From Syntrophales bacterium (lineage in GTDB: Bacteria > Desulfobacterota > Syntrophia > Syntrophales > UBA6807): a DNA stretch of 64,000 nucleotides. The notes beneath the pieces were generated by a model. The model was not told where the DNA came from, did no database searches, and saw nothing but the letters and a program-made list of their open reading frames with translations. The first letter of the stretch is position 1. Every line of letters starts with the position of its first letter. The DNA lies in NCBI GenBank assembly GCA_040767195.1, contig JAXGPA010000002.1, forward strand, positions 256,001 to 320,000, written 5' to 3'. A program made the translations under genes and the position numbers. Positions 48,525-59,598 of this stretch are shown piece after piece.

Positions 48525-48936
48525 CGAATATCTCCCTGGTGAGGAACTTTGTCGCAACGGGAAGCTTGTGGGACGCCAGGCGGAAGGCCTCTCGGGCCAC
48601 ATCCTTGGGAACGCCTTCGATCTCGTAAAGCACCCGGCCCGGTTTCACAACGGCCACCCACTCTTCCGGGGACCCTTTTCCCTTACCCATGCGGGTTTCC
48701 GCCGGTTTTTTCGTCAGAGACTTGTGGGGAAAAATCCGGATCCAGATTTTACCGCCCCTTTTCACGTGCCGTGTCATGGCGATACGGGCGGACTCGATCT
48801 GCCGGGCCGTGACGAACCCGCACTCGGTGGCCTGCAGGCCGTAGGCGCCGAAGTCAATCTTGTCACCGCCCTTACACTTCCCCGACATCCGGCCTTTTTG
48901 AATTTTCCTGTATTTTACCCTCTTGGGAGCCAGCAT
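48514..48936 (-). CDS. rplP: 50S ribosomal protein L16
   Basis: ML.PKR.KYRK, RQIE.AR, RMGKGKG. Confidence 0.98.
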   Translation of the reverse strand: MLAPKRVKYRKIQKGRMSGKCKGGDKIDFGAYGLQATECGFVTARQIESARIAMTRHVKRGGKIWIRIFPHKSLTKKPAETRMGKGKGSPEEWVAVVKPGRVLYEIEGVPKDVAREAFRLASHKLPVATKFLTREIFDED

Positions 48937-48957
48937 GGTTCTTTAACCCTCGTATTA

Positions 48958-49605
48958 TTACTGAACAGCCTTCTTTTTTTCCGGCAGGACTTCGCCGTGG
49001 AAGATGAACACCTTGACCCCGATGATGCCGTAGGTGGTCTTCGCCTCGGTGAATCCGTAGTCGATATCGGCCCTCAGGGTGTGGAGGGGTACCCGCCCCT
49101 CACGATACCACTCGCATCGGGCCATCTCGGCGCCACCGAGGCGTCCCGAACAGATAACCCGGATGCCCTGGGCGCCGAAACGGAGGGCTGATGTGACCGC
49201 CCGTTTCATGGCCCGGCGAAAGGCGACGCGGCGGACGAGCTGCAGGGCCACGTTCTCGGCCACCAACTGGGCGTCCACTTCCGGTTTTCGAACTTCAAGA
49301 ATGTTGATGATCACTTCCCCCGTCATCATCTTTTCGAGTTCACTTTTCAGCTTCTCGATTTCCGACCCTTTCCGGCCGATGATGATTCCCGGGCGCGCCG
49401 CGTGAATGCCGATCTTGGCCTTGTCCGCGGCCCTCTCGATCTCTACCTTCGAAATCCCGGCGTGAAAAAACTTGTCCTTGAGAAACTTCTTGATCTTCAG
49501 GTCCTCATGGAGCAGATTGCTGTAGCTTCGCTCCGAAAACCATCTCGAGTCCCAAGTCTTAATGACGCCGAGTCGAAAACCGACGGGATTGACCTTCTGC
49601 CCCAA
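48958..49605 (-). CDS. rpsC: 30S ribosomal protein S3
   Basis: [30 protein letters not shown]. Confidence 0.98.
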   Translation of the reverse strand: MGQKVNPVGFRLGVIKTWDSRWFSERSYSNLLHEDLKIKKFLKDKFFHAGISKVEIERAADKAKIGIHAARPGIIIGRKGSEIEKLKSELEKMMTGEVIINILEVRKPEVDAQLVAENVALQLVRRVAFRRAMKRAVTSALRFGAQGIRVICSGRLGGAEMARCEWYREGRVPLHTLRADIDYGFTEAKTTYGIIGVKVFIFHGEVLPEKKKAVQ

Positions 49606-49624
49606 GCTCCACCTCCTCCGTGTC

Positions 49625-49957
49625 TCACTGCTCGTCGAGAACGACCGTGATGTGGCTCGTCCTCTTCTTGATGGGCGCCACTCTTCCCTGGGCCCTGGCG
49701 CGCCACCGTTTCAACGTCGGACCCTGGTCCACGAATACTTTTTTGACGAAAAGAATGTTTTCGTCGATGCCGGGATTCTGGGAGGCGTTGGCCACGGCCG
49801 ATTTGAGAACCTTCCCGATGATTCCGGCGGCTTTTTTCTGCGTAAAGGTCAGGATTCTCGTCGCGTCCTCAACCTTTTTCCCCCGGATCAGGTCGGCAAC
49901 GAGCCGTGCCTTCTGGGGCGAGATCCGAATATATTTCCCCTGCGCCTTTGCTTCCAT
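49625..49957 (-). CDS. rplV: 50S ribosomal protein L22
   Basis: [27 protein letters not shown]; start at ATG 49957. Confidence 0.97.
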   Translation of the reverse strand: MEAKAQGKYIRISPQKARLVADLIRGKKVEDATRILTFTQKKAAGIIGKVLKSAVANASQNPGIDENILFVKKVFVDQGPTLKRWRARAQGRVAPIKKRTSHITVVLDEQ

Positions 49958-49973
49958 AAATGCCTGCCTTAAC

Positions 49974-50261
49974 TTACTTTCGTCCCTTGATCTTGGATTT
50001 CCGATCGGCGGCGTGGCCGTAAAAGGTCCGGGTCGGCGCGAATTCGCCGAGTTTATGACCCACCATATTTTCCGTGACGAACACGGGAATGAATTTCTTT
50101 CCGTTGTGCACGGCAAAGGTGTGACCGATGAAATCGGGGAGGATGGTCGATCTCCGTGACCATGTCCGGATCACGTTCCGGCTTCCCGATTCCTCGCTCC
50201 TTTTTACCTTGACAAGCAGATGCTCATCGACGAAGGGACCTTTTTTAATCGATCGTGCCAC
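49974..50261 (-). CDS. rpsS: 30S ribosomal protein S19
   Basis: RS.KKGPFVD, TWSRRS, GHKLGEF.PTR. Confidence 0.98.
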   Translation of the reverse strand: MARSIKKGPFVDEHLLVKVKRSEESGSRNVIRTWSRRSTILPDFIGHTFAVHNGKKFIPVFVTENMVGHKLGEFAPTRTFYGHAADRKSKIKGRK

Positions 50262-50264
50262 GGT

Positions 50265-51086
50265 TTAACCTCTTCTCTTGACGATATACTTGTCCGAAGT
50301 TCTGTTTCTCCTCGTTTTGTATCCTTTCGTCGGCTTGCCCCAGGGCGTGCACGGGTGCCGTCCGCCGGAGGATTTCCCTTCGCCGCCCCCCATGGGGTGG
50401 TCTATGGGGTTCATGACGACCCCACGGACAATGGGACGGCGCCCCGCCCAGCGGGTCCGGCCGGCCTTGCCGACGCTGACATTCTCGTGCTCGATGTTTC
50501 CCACCTGCCCGATGGTGGCCTTGCAGGCCATGAGGATCTTCCGCACCTCGCCCGAGGGAAGGCGGACCTGGGCGTAGTCGTCCTCTTTGGCCATGAGCTG
50601 GCCGTAAGCGCCGGCGCTGCGGATAATCTGCCCGCCTTTGCCGATCCGAAGTTCCACGTTGTGAATCAGGGACCCCAGGGGGATGTTCTTGAGCGGCAGG
50701 GTGTTTCCGGGACGGATTTCCACCTTCTCACCGCTCATGACGGTGTGCCCCACCTCGAGACCCACCGGGGCCAGGATGTACCGTTTCTCACCGTCGGCGT
50801 AGTGAAGGAGGGCGATCCGGGCGGAACGGTTCGGGTCGTATTCGATGGTGGCCACCTTCGCCGGGATGTCTGTCTTTTCCCGCCGGAAGTCGATGACCCG
50901 GTATTTTCTCTTGTGTCCCCCCCCGATGTGCCAGGAGGTGATCCGGCCGCGGTTGTTCCGGCCTCCCGTTTTTTTGAGCGGCCGAAGAAGACTCTTCTCC
51001 GGGGTGGTGGACGTGACCTCCTCGAAGGTCATCCCCGTCTGAAAGCGCCTTCCGGGGGATGTGGGTTTATAGGATTTTATGGCCAT
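50265..51086 (-). CDS. rplB: 50S ribosomal protein L2
   Basis: [30 protein letters not shown]. Confidence 0.98.
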   Translation of the reverse strand: MAIKSYKPTSPGRRFQTGMTFEEVTSTTPEKSLLRPLKKTGGRNNRGRITSWHIGGGHKRKYRVIDFRREKTDIPAKVATIEYDPNRSARIALLHYADGEKRYILAPVGLEVGHTVMSGEKVEIRPGNTLPLKNIPLGSLIHNVELRIGKGGQIIRSAGAYGQLMAKEDDYAQVRLPSGEVRKILMACKATIGQVGNIEHENVSVGKAGRTRWAGRRPIVRGVVMNPIDHPMGGGEGKSSGGRHPCTPWGKPTKGYKTRRNRTSDKYIVKRRG

Positions 51087-51112
51087 GACCTTTTTCCTTT
51101 ACCAGATGACTT

Positions 51113-51400
51113 TCAGACTTCACTGAAAATATCGATGGTGTCGCCCGGTGCCAGTTTCACCGTGGCTTTCTTCCAGTTTCTTCGCCTGCCCATGGTCCGG
51201 CCCATGCGCTTCTTTTTTCCCTGCATGTTTACCGTTCGCACGGACAGGACCTTCACCTTGAACAGTTTCTCGACGGCGTTCTGAATCTCGATCTTCGTCG
51301 AACCCGGCGCCACCTCGAAAACATACTGGTTGCTCTGTTCCCGGGAAATCGTCGATTTCTCCGTCAAAAGCGGCCTTCGGATGATCGAATAGAGCTCCAT
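51113..51400 (-). CDS. rplW: 50S ribosomal protein L23
   Basis: P..TEKS, K.EI..AVE.LF.VKV, WKKA.V.L. Confidence 0.97.
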   Translation of the reverse strand: MELYSIIRRPLLTEKSTISREQSNQYVFEVAPGSTKIEIQNAVEKLFKVKVLSVRTVNMQGKKKRMGRTMGRRRNWKKATVKLAPGDTIDIFSEV

Positions 51401-51401
51401 T

Positions 51402-52022
51402 TTACGTCAACGCCCTTTCTATAAGTTTTACGGAAGGTTCCATCAGCACGAGATTTCTGTATTTCATGAGGTCGAACACGTTGATTCCCTCGGAGCGCAT
51501 CATTTTTACATCCTTGATGTTCCTGGATGACTTTTCGAGAATCTCGTTCTTCTTATCCAGGACAATGAGGGCGCTCTTCAACTCAAAGCGGTTCAGGATC
51601 TCCTGGAAATGTTTCGTCTTGATTTCCACCATGGGAATGTCCCGTAGAACCAGGATTTCCTCGTTTTTCATCTTCAGGCTGAGAGCTGACCGAAGGGCCG
51701 CCCGGCGCACCTTTTTAGGCACATTGTAGGAATAGTCCCGCGGCCTGGGCCCGAAAACGACGCCACCCTTGCGCCAGATAGGAGACCGGGTTCGCCCGGC
51801 CCGGGCCCGGCCCGTTCCCTTCTGCCGCCAGGGCTTTCGACCACTGCCACTCACCTCGCTCCGCGTCTTCGTCGATGCCGTTCCCTGCCGCCGGTTGGCG
51901 AGCTGCATCTTCACGACCTCATAGATGACGCCGTCATTCACCGGGACAGCGAAAACCCCGTCGCTGACCTCGATTTCAGACACCTCGTTCTTTTCCACAT
52001 CGTAAACTTTTAGCAGAGCCAT
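51402..52022 (-). CDS. rplD: 50S ribosomal protein L4
   Basis: RQGT...[21 protein letters not shown]. Confidence 0.97.
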   Translation of the reverse strand: MALLKVYDVEKNEVSEIEVSDGVFAVPVNDGVIYEVVKMQLANRRQGTASTKTRSEVSGSGRKPWRQKGTGRARAGRTRSPIWRKGGVVFGPRPRDYSYNVPKKVRRAALRSALSLKMKNEEILVLRDIPMVEIKTKHFQEILNRFELKSALIVLDKKNEILEKSSRNIKDVKMMRSEGINVFDLMKYRNLVLMEPSVKLIERALT

Positions 52023-52051
52023 GGTTCTTTACCGCGTTCCTGGTTGTATGT

Positions 52052-52681
52052 TTATTTCTTTATTGATTCCCGCACCATGACGATCCCGTTTCGATGCCCG
52101 GGAACGGCTCCGTGGACAATGAGAAGGTTCCGTTCCGGCTGGACCCCGAGAACCATGAGATTTTGAACGGTCTTTCGCTCGTTTCCCATGCGGCCGGGCA
52201 GTCGCGTCCCCTTGAACACCCGTGACGGGTAAGCGCTGGCACCGATGGAACCGGGGGCCCGATGAAACATGGACCCGTGGGACGCCCGGCCTCCATGAAA
52301 ACCGTGGCGCTTGACGACGCCTGCGAACCCGCGGCCCTTCGTGGTTCCGATGACATCGACGTACTCGCCGATCTCGAAGATGTCGCTTCTCAATTCCTGG
52401 CCGATCTCGAAACCCTGTGGCTCGTCCACGGGGAATTCCCGGAGCACCCGGAAGTACCCCTGGCCGGCTTTCTTCATGTGACCCCGCCTCGGTTTCGTCA
52501 CCCGCTTTTCCTTTGCCGGCTCGAACCCGATCTGGATAGCGTTGTAACCGTCCTTCTCCCTTGTCTTCCTCTGAATGACAAAGCAGGGGCCGGCCTCGAT
52601 GACCGTCACCGGTATCCGCGATCCGTCCTCCCAGAAGAGCTGGGTCATTCCCAATTTTCTGCCGATTAAGCCTTTATCCAT
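52052..52681 (-). CDS. rplC: 50S ribosomal protein L3
   Basis: G.KLGMTQ, DGY.A.Q, KG.GF.G..KR, HR.PGSIG, GAVPG. Confidence 0.97.
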   Translation of the reverse strand: MDKGLIGRKLGMTQLFWEDGSRIPVTVIEAGPCFVIQRKTREKDGYNAIQIGFEPAKEKRVTKPRRGHMKKAGQGYFRVLREFPVDEPQGFEIGQELRSDIFEIGEYVDVIGTTKGRGFAGVVKRHGFHGGRASHGSMFHRAPGSIGASAYPSRVFKGTRLPGRMGNERKTVQNLMVLGVQPERNLLIVHGAVPGHRNGIVMVRESIKK

Positions 52682-52714
52682 TGTTCACGCAATCTCTTCA
52701 GGCGTTTTAGAACC

Positions 52715-52757
52715 AAAAAAGAGGAGATGGATATTTTGACAAATCCTCCATCTCCCC
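52715..52757 (-). terminator. Terminator/attenuator-like hairpin between rpsJ and rplC
   Basis: ggggagatgga...tccatctcctc stem followed by tttttt on the minus strand. Confidence 0.55.
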
Positions 52758-52771
52758 GTAAACGAGCCGCT

Positions 52772-53080
52772 TTATAACTTGATCTCTACATCTACCCCTG
52801 CGGATAAATCCAGCTTCATCAAGGTGTCAATGGTCGCCTGGGTCGGTTCGATTATGTCGACGATTCGCTTGTGGGTTCGGATCTCAAACTGCTCCCGTGA
52901 CTTCTTGTCCACATGGGGCGACCGGTTGACGCAATAGCGATTGATTCTCGTGGGGAGCGGGATGGGCCCCGCCACCCGGGCACCGGTGCGCCGCGCCGTT
53001 TCTACGATATCCTGGGCCGATCTGTCAAGGAGCTTGTGATCGTAAGCTTTGAGCCTGATGCGAATCTTCTGGTTTTCCAT
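52772..53080 (-). CDS. rpsJ: 30S ribosomal protein S10
   Basis: [30 protein letters not shown]. Confidence 0.98.
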   Translation of the reverse strand: MENQKIRIRLKAYDHKLLDRSAQDIVETARRTGARVAGPIPLPTRINRYCVNRSPHVDKKSREQFEIRTHKRIVDIIEPTQATIDTLMKLDLSAGVDVEIKL

Positions 53081-53104
53081 CTGCCTATCTACCTGAAACC
53101 GTCA

Positions 53105-54298
53105 CTATTCAATAATCTGACTGACCACGCCGGCGCCGACGGTCCTGCCGCCTTCGCGGATGGCGAACCGGAGCTGCTCTTCCATGGCGATGGGGGTGAT
53201 GAGATCGATGCTCATCTCCAGATTGTCGCCGGGCATGACCATTTCAATGCCCTCGGGAAGCGTCGCGACGCCGGTCACGTCGGTTGTCCTGAAATAAAAC
53301 TGGGGGCGGTAACCGGAAAAGAACGGGGTGTGCCGGCCGCCTTCTTCCTTGGTCAGGACGTAGACCTGTGCCCTGAATTTCGTGTGGGGCGTGATGGACC
53401 CCGGCTTGGCCACGACCTGGCCGCGCTCCACTTCGTCGCGCTTCGTGCCCCGGAGGAGGACGCCGATGTCATCACCCGCCCGCCCCTCGTCGAGGGTCTT
53501 GCGGAACATTTCCACACCGGTGCAGACCGTCTTGAACGTCGGCCGGATTCCGACGACTTCCACTTCCTCGCCGACCTTGATGATACCCCGGTCCACCCGT
53601 CCCGTCACCACGGTGCCGCGGCCGGAGATGGTGAACACGTCGCCGATGGGCATGAGGAAGGGCTTGTCCAGGTCCCGGGCCGGTTCCGGTACGTAATTGT
53701 CCACGGCGTCCATGAGTTCCCAGATGCTCTTGGCGTCTTCCGAGTCGGGGTCATCCGTTTCCAGGGCCTTCAGGGCCGACCCCCGGATGATGGGAATCTC
53801 GTCGCCGGGGAAATTGTACTGGGTCAGGAGTTCCCGGAGTTCCAGCTCGACCAGGTCGAGCAGCTCGGGATCGTCCACAAGATCCACCTTGTTCATATAT
53901 ACGACGATGTAGGGAACCTGAACCTGACGGGCAAGAAGGATGTGCTCCCGGGTCTGGGGCATGGGACCGTCGGAGGCGGCGACGACGAGGATCGTTCCAT
54001 CCATATGAGCGGCGCCTGAAATCATGTTCTTTATGTAGTCCGCATGGCCGGGGCAGTCGACATGGGCATAGTGTCTCTTTTTTGTCTCGTACTCCACGTG
54101 GGCGATATTGATGGTCACGCCGCGCTCCTTCTCTTCCGGAGCGTTGTCGATCTGATCGAAAGCCTTGTACTCGGCGAGACCCCTTTTCGCCAGATGCTTC
54201 GTGATGGCGGCCGTGAGGGTCGTCTTCCCGTGATCGACGTGCCCGATGGTCCCGATATTCAGATGGGGCTTCGTCCTTTCAAATTTTTTCTTGGCCAT
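53105..54298 (-). CDS. tuf: Elongation factor Tu
   Basis: [34 protein letters not shown]. Confidence 0.99.
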   Translation of the reverse strand: MAKKKFERTKPHLNIGTIGHVDHGKTTLTAAITKHLAKRGLAEYKAFDQIDNAPEEKERGVTINIAHVEYETKKRHYAHVDCPGHADYIKNMISGAAHMDGTILVVAASDGPMPQTREHILLARQVQVPYIVVYMNKVDLVDDPELLDLVELELRELLTQYNFPGDEIPIIRGSALKALETDDPDSEDAKSIWELMDAVDNYVPEPARDLDKPFLMPIGDVFTISGRGTVVTGRVDRGIIKVGEEVEVVGIRPTFKTVCTGVEMFRKTLDEGRAGDDIGVLLRGTKRDEVERGQVVAKPGSITPHTKFRAQVYVLTKEEGGRHTPFFSGYRPQFYFRTTDVTGVATLPEGIEMVMPGDNLEMSIDLITPIAMEEQLRFAIREGGRTVGAGVVSQIIE

Positions 54299-54363
54299 GT
54301 CCTTTACCTCCTTGGAGTAAAAAGTGGTTCACTAAGGTTCTCTCCGTCCCCGTTCATCGGCTA

Positions 54364-54392
54364 ACTTTACCGAAAGTCCAATGGATTTTCAA
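54364..54392 (-). promoter_or_regulatory. Putative internal sigma70 promoter for tuf
   Basis: TTGAAA-17 nt-TAAAGT in the rpsG-tuf spacer. Confidence 0.55.
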
Positions 54393-54448
54393 CAACTTCT
54401 TTTCTTACGACAGGCACGGGAATGACCGAGGTCCCGATACCCGGGACG

Positions 54449-54919
54449 CTAAAATCGATAATGGGAAAACGCCTTGTTGGCTTCCGCCATCTTATGGGTG
54501 TCTTCTTTTTTCTTGACGGCGGCCCCCCGGCTGTGGGAGGCGTCGATGAATTCCCCGGCCAGCTTCTCGAGCATGGTCTTTTCCGAACGCGACTTGGCGC
54601 TGTTGATGAGCCAACGGATCGCCAGGGAGTTCCTGCGCCTTGCGGGAACCTCCGTGGGAACCTGATAGGTCGCGCCGCCGACACGGCGGGACTTGACTTC
54701 GATGACGGGCTTCACGTTGTCGAAAGCCTTCTCAAAAACTTCCAAAGGGTTTTCCTTGGTCTTCTGCTCTATGAGATCGAAAGCGCCGTACATGATGCCT
54801 TCGGCGGTGCTCTTCTTCCCTTTGCGCAGAAGGCTGTTGATGAACCTCGCCACCTGGACGCTGTTGAACTTCGGATCGGGCAGGATCTCCCTCTTGGTGA
54901 CTTCTCTTCGTCTCGGCAT
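54449..54919 (-). CDS. rpsG: 30S ribosomal protein S7
   Basis: [35 protein letters not shown]. Confidence 0.98.
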   Translation of the reverse strand: MPRRREVTKREILPDPKFNSVQVARFINSLLRKGKKSTAEGIMYGAFDLIEQKTKENPLEVFEKAFDNVKPVIEVKSRRVGGATYQVPTEVPARRRNSLAIRWLINSAKSRSEKTMLEKLAGEFIDASHSRGAAVKKKEDTHKMAEANKAFSHYRF

Positions 54920-54932
54920 GGGAAAACCTCAA

Positions 54933-55304
54933 TTATCCTTTCTTCTTCGCGCCGTATTTCGACCGGCTCCGCTTCCGGCCCTGAACGCCGCTGGCATCGA
55001 GGGTGCCCCGGACAATGTGGTACCGGACGCCGGGAAGATCCTTGACGCGGCCCCCCCGGATCAGAACCACCGAGTGCTCCTGGAGATTGTGCCCCACACC
55101 GGGAATGTAAGCCGTCACTTCATAGCCGCTGGTTAAGCGTACCCGGGCCACCTTTCTCAAGGCCGAGTTGGGCTTTTTGGGCGTCGTCGTGTACACCCGG
55201 ACGCAGACGCCCCGCCGTTGCGGGCAGCTGACCAGGGCCGGCGTTTTCTTTTTCTGTTGTATCTTTTCCCGCCCGCTGCGGACGAGCTGATTGATCGTGG
55301 GCAT
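54933..55304 (-). CDS. rpsL: 30S ribosomal protein S12
   Basis: [32 protein letters not shown]. Confidence 0.99.
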   Translation of the reverse strand: MPTINQLVRSGREKIQQKKKTPALVSCPQRRGVCVRVYTTTPKKPNSALRKVARVRLTSGYEVTAYIPGVGHNLQEHSVVLIRGGRVKDLPGVRYHIVRGTLDASGVQGRKRSRSKYGAKKKG

Positions 55305-55353
55305 TCTCTATCTCCGTTTTTTCATGAGCTTGTCGAAAAACTCAAGCTAATTA

Positions 55354-58300
55354 TCAATTCACGGCATCCATGTCAAGCGTTTTCTCATTCTCCTCATCGG
55401 GCAGATCCACGTCGTCAGTGTCTTCCCCGGCCACCCGGATTCCCAGTTTACGGTAGAGGGGAAGGCCCGTCCCCGCGGGCACCAGCCGTCCCATGATGAC
55501 ATTTTCCTTGAGCCCGCGGAGATGATCGATTTTCCCGGCCAGGGCCGCTTCCGTGAGGACCCGTGTCGTCTCCTGGAATGAAGCCGCGGAAATGAAGCTC
55601 TGGGTACTGAGCGAGGCCTTGGTGATTCCCAGGAGGACCGGCTCCGCCGTGGCGGGCACCCCGTCGGCGTTCTTGGACCGTTCATTGGCGTCCTCAAAAC
55701 GGATCCTGTCCACCTGCTCGTCCCGGAGAAGGCCCGTGTCTCCCGGCTCGCTGACCCGCACCTTCTTGAGCATCTGCCGGACGATGATCTCGATGTGCTT
55801 GTCGTTGATCTTGACGCCCTGGAGACGGTAAACTTCCTGGACCTCGTCCACGAGGTACCGGGCCAGTTCCTTTTCCCCTTTGATGTTCAGAATATCGTGG
55901 GGATTCACCGCCCCGTCCATGAGGGACTGGCCGGCGATGACCCGGTCTCCTTCCTGAACGGTCACGTGCTTCCCCTTGGGGATGAGATACTCTTTCGGGT
56001 CCCCTACCTCGGGGGTGATGACGATCCGCCGTTTTCCCTTCAGATCCTTCCCGTAGACCACGATGCCGTCGATTTCCGAAATGACGGCGCATTCCTTGGG
56101 CTTCCGGGCCTCGAAAAGCTCGGCCACCCGGGGAAGGCCTCCGGTGATGTCCTTGGTTTTCGTCGTTTCCCGGGGAATCTTGGCCATGATGTCGCCGGCC
56201 TTGACGGGATCTCCTTCGGACACGACGATGTTCGTTCCGACGGACAGGAGATGCCGGGCGTCGGCATTCGTCCCCGGCGCCTTGGCCGTCTTTCCTTCGG
56301 GGCTCTTGATGGAAATCCGGGGCCTCATGTCGAGATCCCGGTATTCCACGATGACCTTCCGGGAAAGGCCCGTGACTTCGTCCACCTGCTCCTGCATGGT
56401 CTTTCCCTCGATGACGTCACCGAACTTCACGGTGCCGTCGACCTCCGCCAGGATGGGCAGGGAGAAGGGATCCCACTCGGCGAGCCGGTCCCCGCGCTTT
56501 ACCGTGGCGCCTTCATCGATCCGGATGTGGGCGCCGTAGGGCACGGGATACTTGCCGCGGTTGCGGCCCTCCTCGTCCAGCACGTGGATTTCCCCGATGC
56601 GGCTCATGACGACCAGATCGTTCCGGCCTCTTTTAGCCCCGTGGATGTTGACGAACTTCAGGATACCCTCATGGCGGGACTCGAGGGTCGACTGCTCTTC
56701 GAACCGGGCCGTTCCACCGATGTGGAATGTTCTCATGGTGAGCTGCGTCCCCGGTTCCCCAATGGACTGGGCGGCTATGATCCCAACGGCCTCGCCGATA
56801 TTGACGAGGTGGCCGTGGGCGAGATCCCGGCCATAGCACTTGGCGCAGACGCCGTAACGGGACTTGCAGGTCAGAACGGACCGGATGGTTACCTTTTCCA
56901 ATCCAGCACCGTCGATTTTTTCCGCCAGGGCCTCGTCGATCTCCTCGTTGGCGGGCACCAGGACTTCCCCCGTAAAGGGGTCCCGTATGTCGTCCAGGGC
57001 CACCCGGCCCAGGACCCGCTCCCCCGCCGTCTCGATGATCTCACCGCCCTCGATGAGCGCGTAGACATCGATGCCGTCCAGGGTCCCGCAGTCCTCTTCG
57101 GTCACCACCACATCCTGGGCGACATCCACGAGCCGCCGGGTCAGGTACCCCGAGTTAGCCGTCTTGAGGGCCGTGTCGGCGAGCCCCTTCCGGGCGCCGT
57201 GGGTGGAGATGAAGTATTCGAGAACGCTGAGCCCCTCCCGGAAATTGGCGGTGATGGGCGTTTCGATGATCTCGCCGGAGGGCTTGGCCATGAGACCGCG
57301 CATGCCCGCCAGCTGGCGGATCTGGGCGGCGCTCCCCCGGGCCCCGGAATCGGCCATCATGAAGATGGGGTTGAACCGCTCGGCCTTGCGCTTCTTCTCT
57401 TCCGGGGCGTCGACTTCTTCCGATGCGATGTCCCGAAGCATCTCGTCGGCCACCCGCTCTGTCGCCTGGGCCCAGATGTCGATGACCTTGTTGTAGCGCT
57501 CGCCGTCGGTGATGAGCCCGTCCATGTACTGCTTCTGGATTTCCAGGACATCCAGGTTCGCCTTGTTGACGATTTCCGTCTTGTTCTTGGGAACGATCAT
57601 GTCCTTGATGGAAATGGAGATGCCCGACTTGGTGGCATACCGGAAGCCCAGGTCCTTCAGGCGGTCGGCCAGGATGACCGTCGTCTTGGCGCCGCAGGTC
57701 CGGTAGGCGTAGTCGATGAGGTTGGCCAGTTCTTTCTTGTTGAAAACCTTGTTGATCTGGGGGAAGGGGATGTCATCGGGGACGACCTCGTAGAGAAGAA
57801 CCCTTCCCACCGTGGTGTCCACGAGACCGCCGTTCACCCGGACCCGGATATTGGCGTGCAGATCCACCTGTTCGGCATCATAGGCGCTTCGCACCTCGCC
57901 GACATCGGAAAAGGCCATGCCCTCGCCCGTGACGCCGCCCATCCCCTTGGTGAGATAGTATATTCCCAGAACGATGTCCTGGTTGGGAACGATGATGGGC
58001 TTTCCGTGCGCCGGCGAGAGGATGTTGTTCGTCGACATCATGAGGACCCGGGCCTCGATCTGGGCTTCCAGGGATAGGGGGACATGAACGGCCATCTGGT
58101 CTCCGTCGAAATCGGCGTTGAAGGCCGAGCAGACGAGGGGGTGAAGCTGGATGGCCTTCCCCTCGATGAGGACGGGCTCGAAGGCCTGGATCCCGAGCCG
58201 GTGCAGGGTGGGTGCCCGGTTCAGAAGGACCGGGTACTCCCGGACCACCTCCTCGAGGGCGTCCCAGACCTGGGATTCCTCCCGTTCCACCATTTTCTTG

Positions 58301-59493
58301 GCGCTCTTGATGGTCGTGACGAAACCCTGGTCGAGGAGCCTGTAATAAATGAAGGGTTTGAAGAGCTCCAGGGCCATCTTCTTGGGAAGGCCGCACTGGT
58401 GAAGGCGCAGATCGGGACCGACGGTGATGACCGACCGGCCCGAATAGTCCACCCGTTTGCCCAGGAGGTTCTGCCGGAACCGGCCCTGCTTTCCCTTGAG
58501 CATGTCGGAAAGAGAACGAAGGGGCCTCTTGTTCGACCCCGTGATGGCACGGCCGCGCCGGCCGTTGTCGAAAAGGACGTCCACCGCCTCCTGGAGCATC
58601 CTTTTTTCGTTACGGATAATGATCTCCGGGGCGTTCAGTTCCTGCAGCCTTTTCAGCCGGTTGTTCCGGTTGATCACCCGCCGGTAGAGATCGTTCAGGT
58701 CCGACGTGGCGAAACGCCCGCCGTCCAGGGGGACCAGGGGACGGAGGTCGGGGGGAATGACGGGAAGAACCGTCAGAACCATCCACTCGGGACGGTTATT
58801 CGATTTTTTCAGCGATTCGAGTATCTTCAGTCTCTTGACCAGCTTCTTCCTCTTCGTGTCCGAGGTGGCCTCCGCCAGCTCCGCCCGGAGTTCGGCGATG
58901 AGGCCGTCCACATCCACTTCCTCGAGAAGTTCCCGGATGGCTTCGGCGCCGATTCCCGACCGGAAAGCGTCCTCACCGAATTTTTCCCGGGCCTGGAAAA
59001 GTTCCTCTTCCGTGAGAAGCTCCTTTTTCCGAAGCGGGGTGTTCTTCGGGTCGAGCACGATCCATGACTCGAAATACAGGACCTTTTCCAGCTCTTTCAG
59101 GGTCAGGTCCAGGACGTTTCCGATGCGGCTGGGAAGGCTCTTGAGAAACCAGATGTGGGCCACCGGCGAGGCCAGGGTGATGTGTCCCATCCGGTCCCGG
59201 CGGACCTTGGACTGTATGACCTCGACACCGCATTTCTCGCAGACCACGCCGCGGTGCTTCATCCGCTTGTAGCGGCCGCAGAGGCACTCGTAGTCCTTCA
59301 CGGGACCGAAGATCTTGGCGCAGAAAAGGCCGTCCCGCTCGGGCTTGAACGTCCTGTAATTGATTGTTTCAGGCTTCTTGACCTCGCCGTGGGACCACGA
59401 GAGGATCTTTTCCGGCGAGGACAGGGAGACCCGGATCGCGTTGAAACGGATCGGGTCCTTCGGTTTTTCGAAAAACGAATAGATATCTTCCAC
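55354..59493 (-). CDS. rpoC: RNA polymerase beta' subunit
   Basis: [41 protein letters not shown]. Confidence 0.99.
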   Translation of the reverse strand: MEDIYSFFEKPKDPIRFNAIRVSLSSPEKILSWSHGEVKKPETINYRTFKPERDGLFCAKIFGPVKDYECLCGRYKRMKHRGVVCEKCGVEVIQSKVRRDRMGHITLASPVAHIWFLKSLPSRIGNVLDLTLKELEKVLYFESWIVLDPKNTPLRKKELLTEEELFQAREKFGEDAFRSGIGAEAIRELLEEVDVDGLIAELRAELAEATSDTKRKKLVKRLKILESLKKSNNRPEWMVLTVLPVIPPDLRPLVPLDGGRFATSDLNDLYRRVINRNNRLKRLQELNAPEIIIRNEKRMLQEAVDVLFDNGRRGRAITGSNKRPLRSLSDMLKGKQGRFRQNLLGKRVDYSGRSVITVGPDLRLHQCGLPKKMALELFKPFIYYRLLDQGFVTTIKSAKKMVEREESQVWDALEEVVREYPVLLNRAPTLHRLGIQAFEPVLIEGKAIQLHPLVCSAFNADFDGDQMAVHVPLSLEAQIEARVLMMSTNNILSPAHGKPIIVPNQDIVLGIYYLTKGMGGVTGEGMAFSDVGEVRSAYDAEQVDLHANIRVRVNGGLVDTTVGRVLLYEVVPDDIPFPQINKVFNKKELANLIDYAYRTCGAKTTVILADRLKDLGFRYATKSGISISIKDMIVPKNKTEIVNKANLDVLEIQKQYMDGLITDGERYNKVIDIWAQATERVADEMLRDIASEEVDAPEEKKRKAERFNPIFMMADSGARGSAAQIRQLAGMRGLMAKPSGEIIETPITANFREGLSVLEYFISTHGARKGLADTALKTANSGYLTRRLVDVAQDVVVTEEDCGTLDGIDVYALIEGGEIIETAGERVLGRVALDDIRDPFTGEVLVPANEEIDEALAEKIDGAGLEKVTIRSVLTCKSRYGVCAKCYGRDLAHGHLVNIGEAVGIIAAQSIGEPGTQLTMRTFHIGGTARFEEQSTLESRHEGILKFVNIHGAKRGRNDLVVMSRIGEIHVLDEEGRNRGKYPVPYGAHIRIDEGATVKRGDRLAEWDPFSLPILAEVDGTVKFGDVIEGKTMQEQVDEVTGLSRKVIVEYRDLDMRPRISIKSPEGKTAKAPGTNADARHLLSVGTNIVVSEGDPVKAGDIMAKIPRETTKTKDITGGLPRVAELFEARKPKECAVISEIDGIVVYGKDLKGKRRIVITPEVGDPKEYLIPKGKHVTVQEGDRVIAGQSLMDGAVNPHDILNIKGEKELARYLVDEVQEVYRLQGVKINDKHIEIIVRQMLKKVRVSEPGDTGLLRDEQVDRIRFEDANERSKNADGVPATAEPVLLGITKASLSTQSFISAASFQETTRVLTEAALAGKIDHLRGLKENVIMGRLVPAGTGLPLYRKLGIRVAGEDTDDVDLPDEENEKTLDMDAVN

Positions 59494-59598
59494 GGGATGA
59501 ACTCCTGTGTTTCTTTTTAGTTTATATATTCAAGGCTTCCGGTTTCACGAAAAGCCCTTCGCAGCACGCTTCTTGAGACGTTGCGGTCACGCCGGGGG

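Noticed and set aside
55348..55376. TTGACA at the end of rpoC as an rpsL promoter
   Set aside because: Perfect -35, but the best -10 (GATAAT) is only 15 nt away; plausible, not well enough supported to list.
59523..59595. Possible remnant of the repeat element in the rpoB-rpoC spacer
   Set aside because: Only weak similarity to one arm; cannot be supported by eye.
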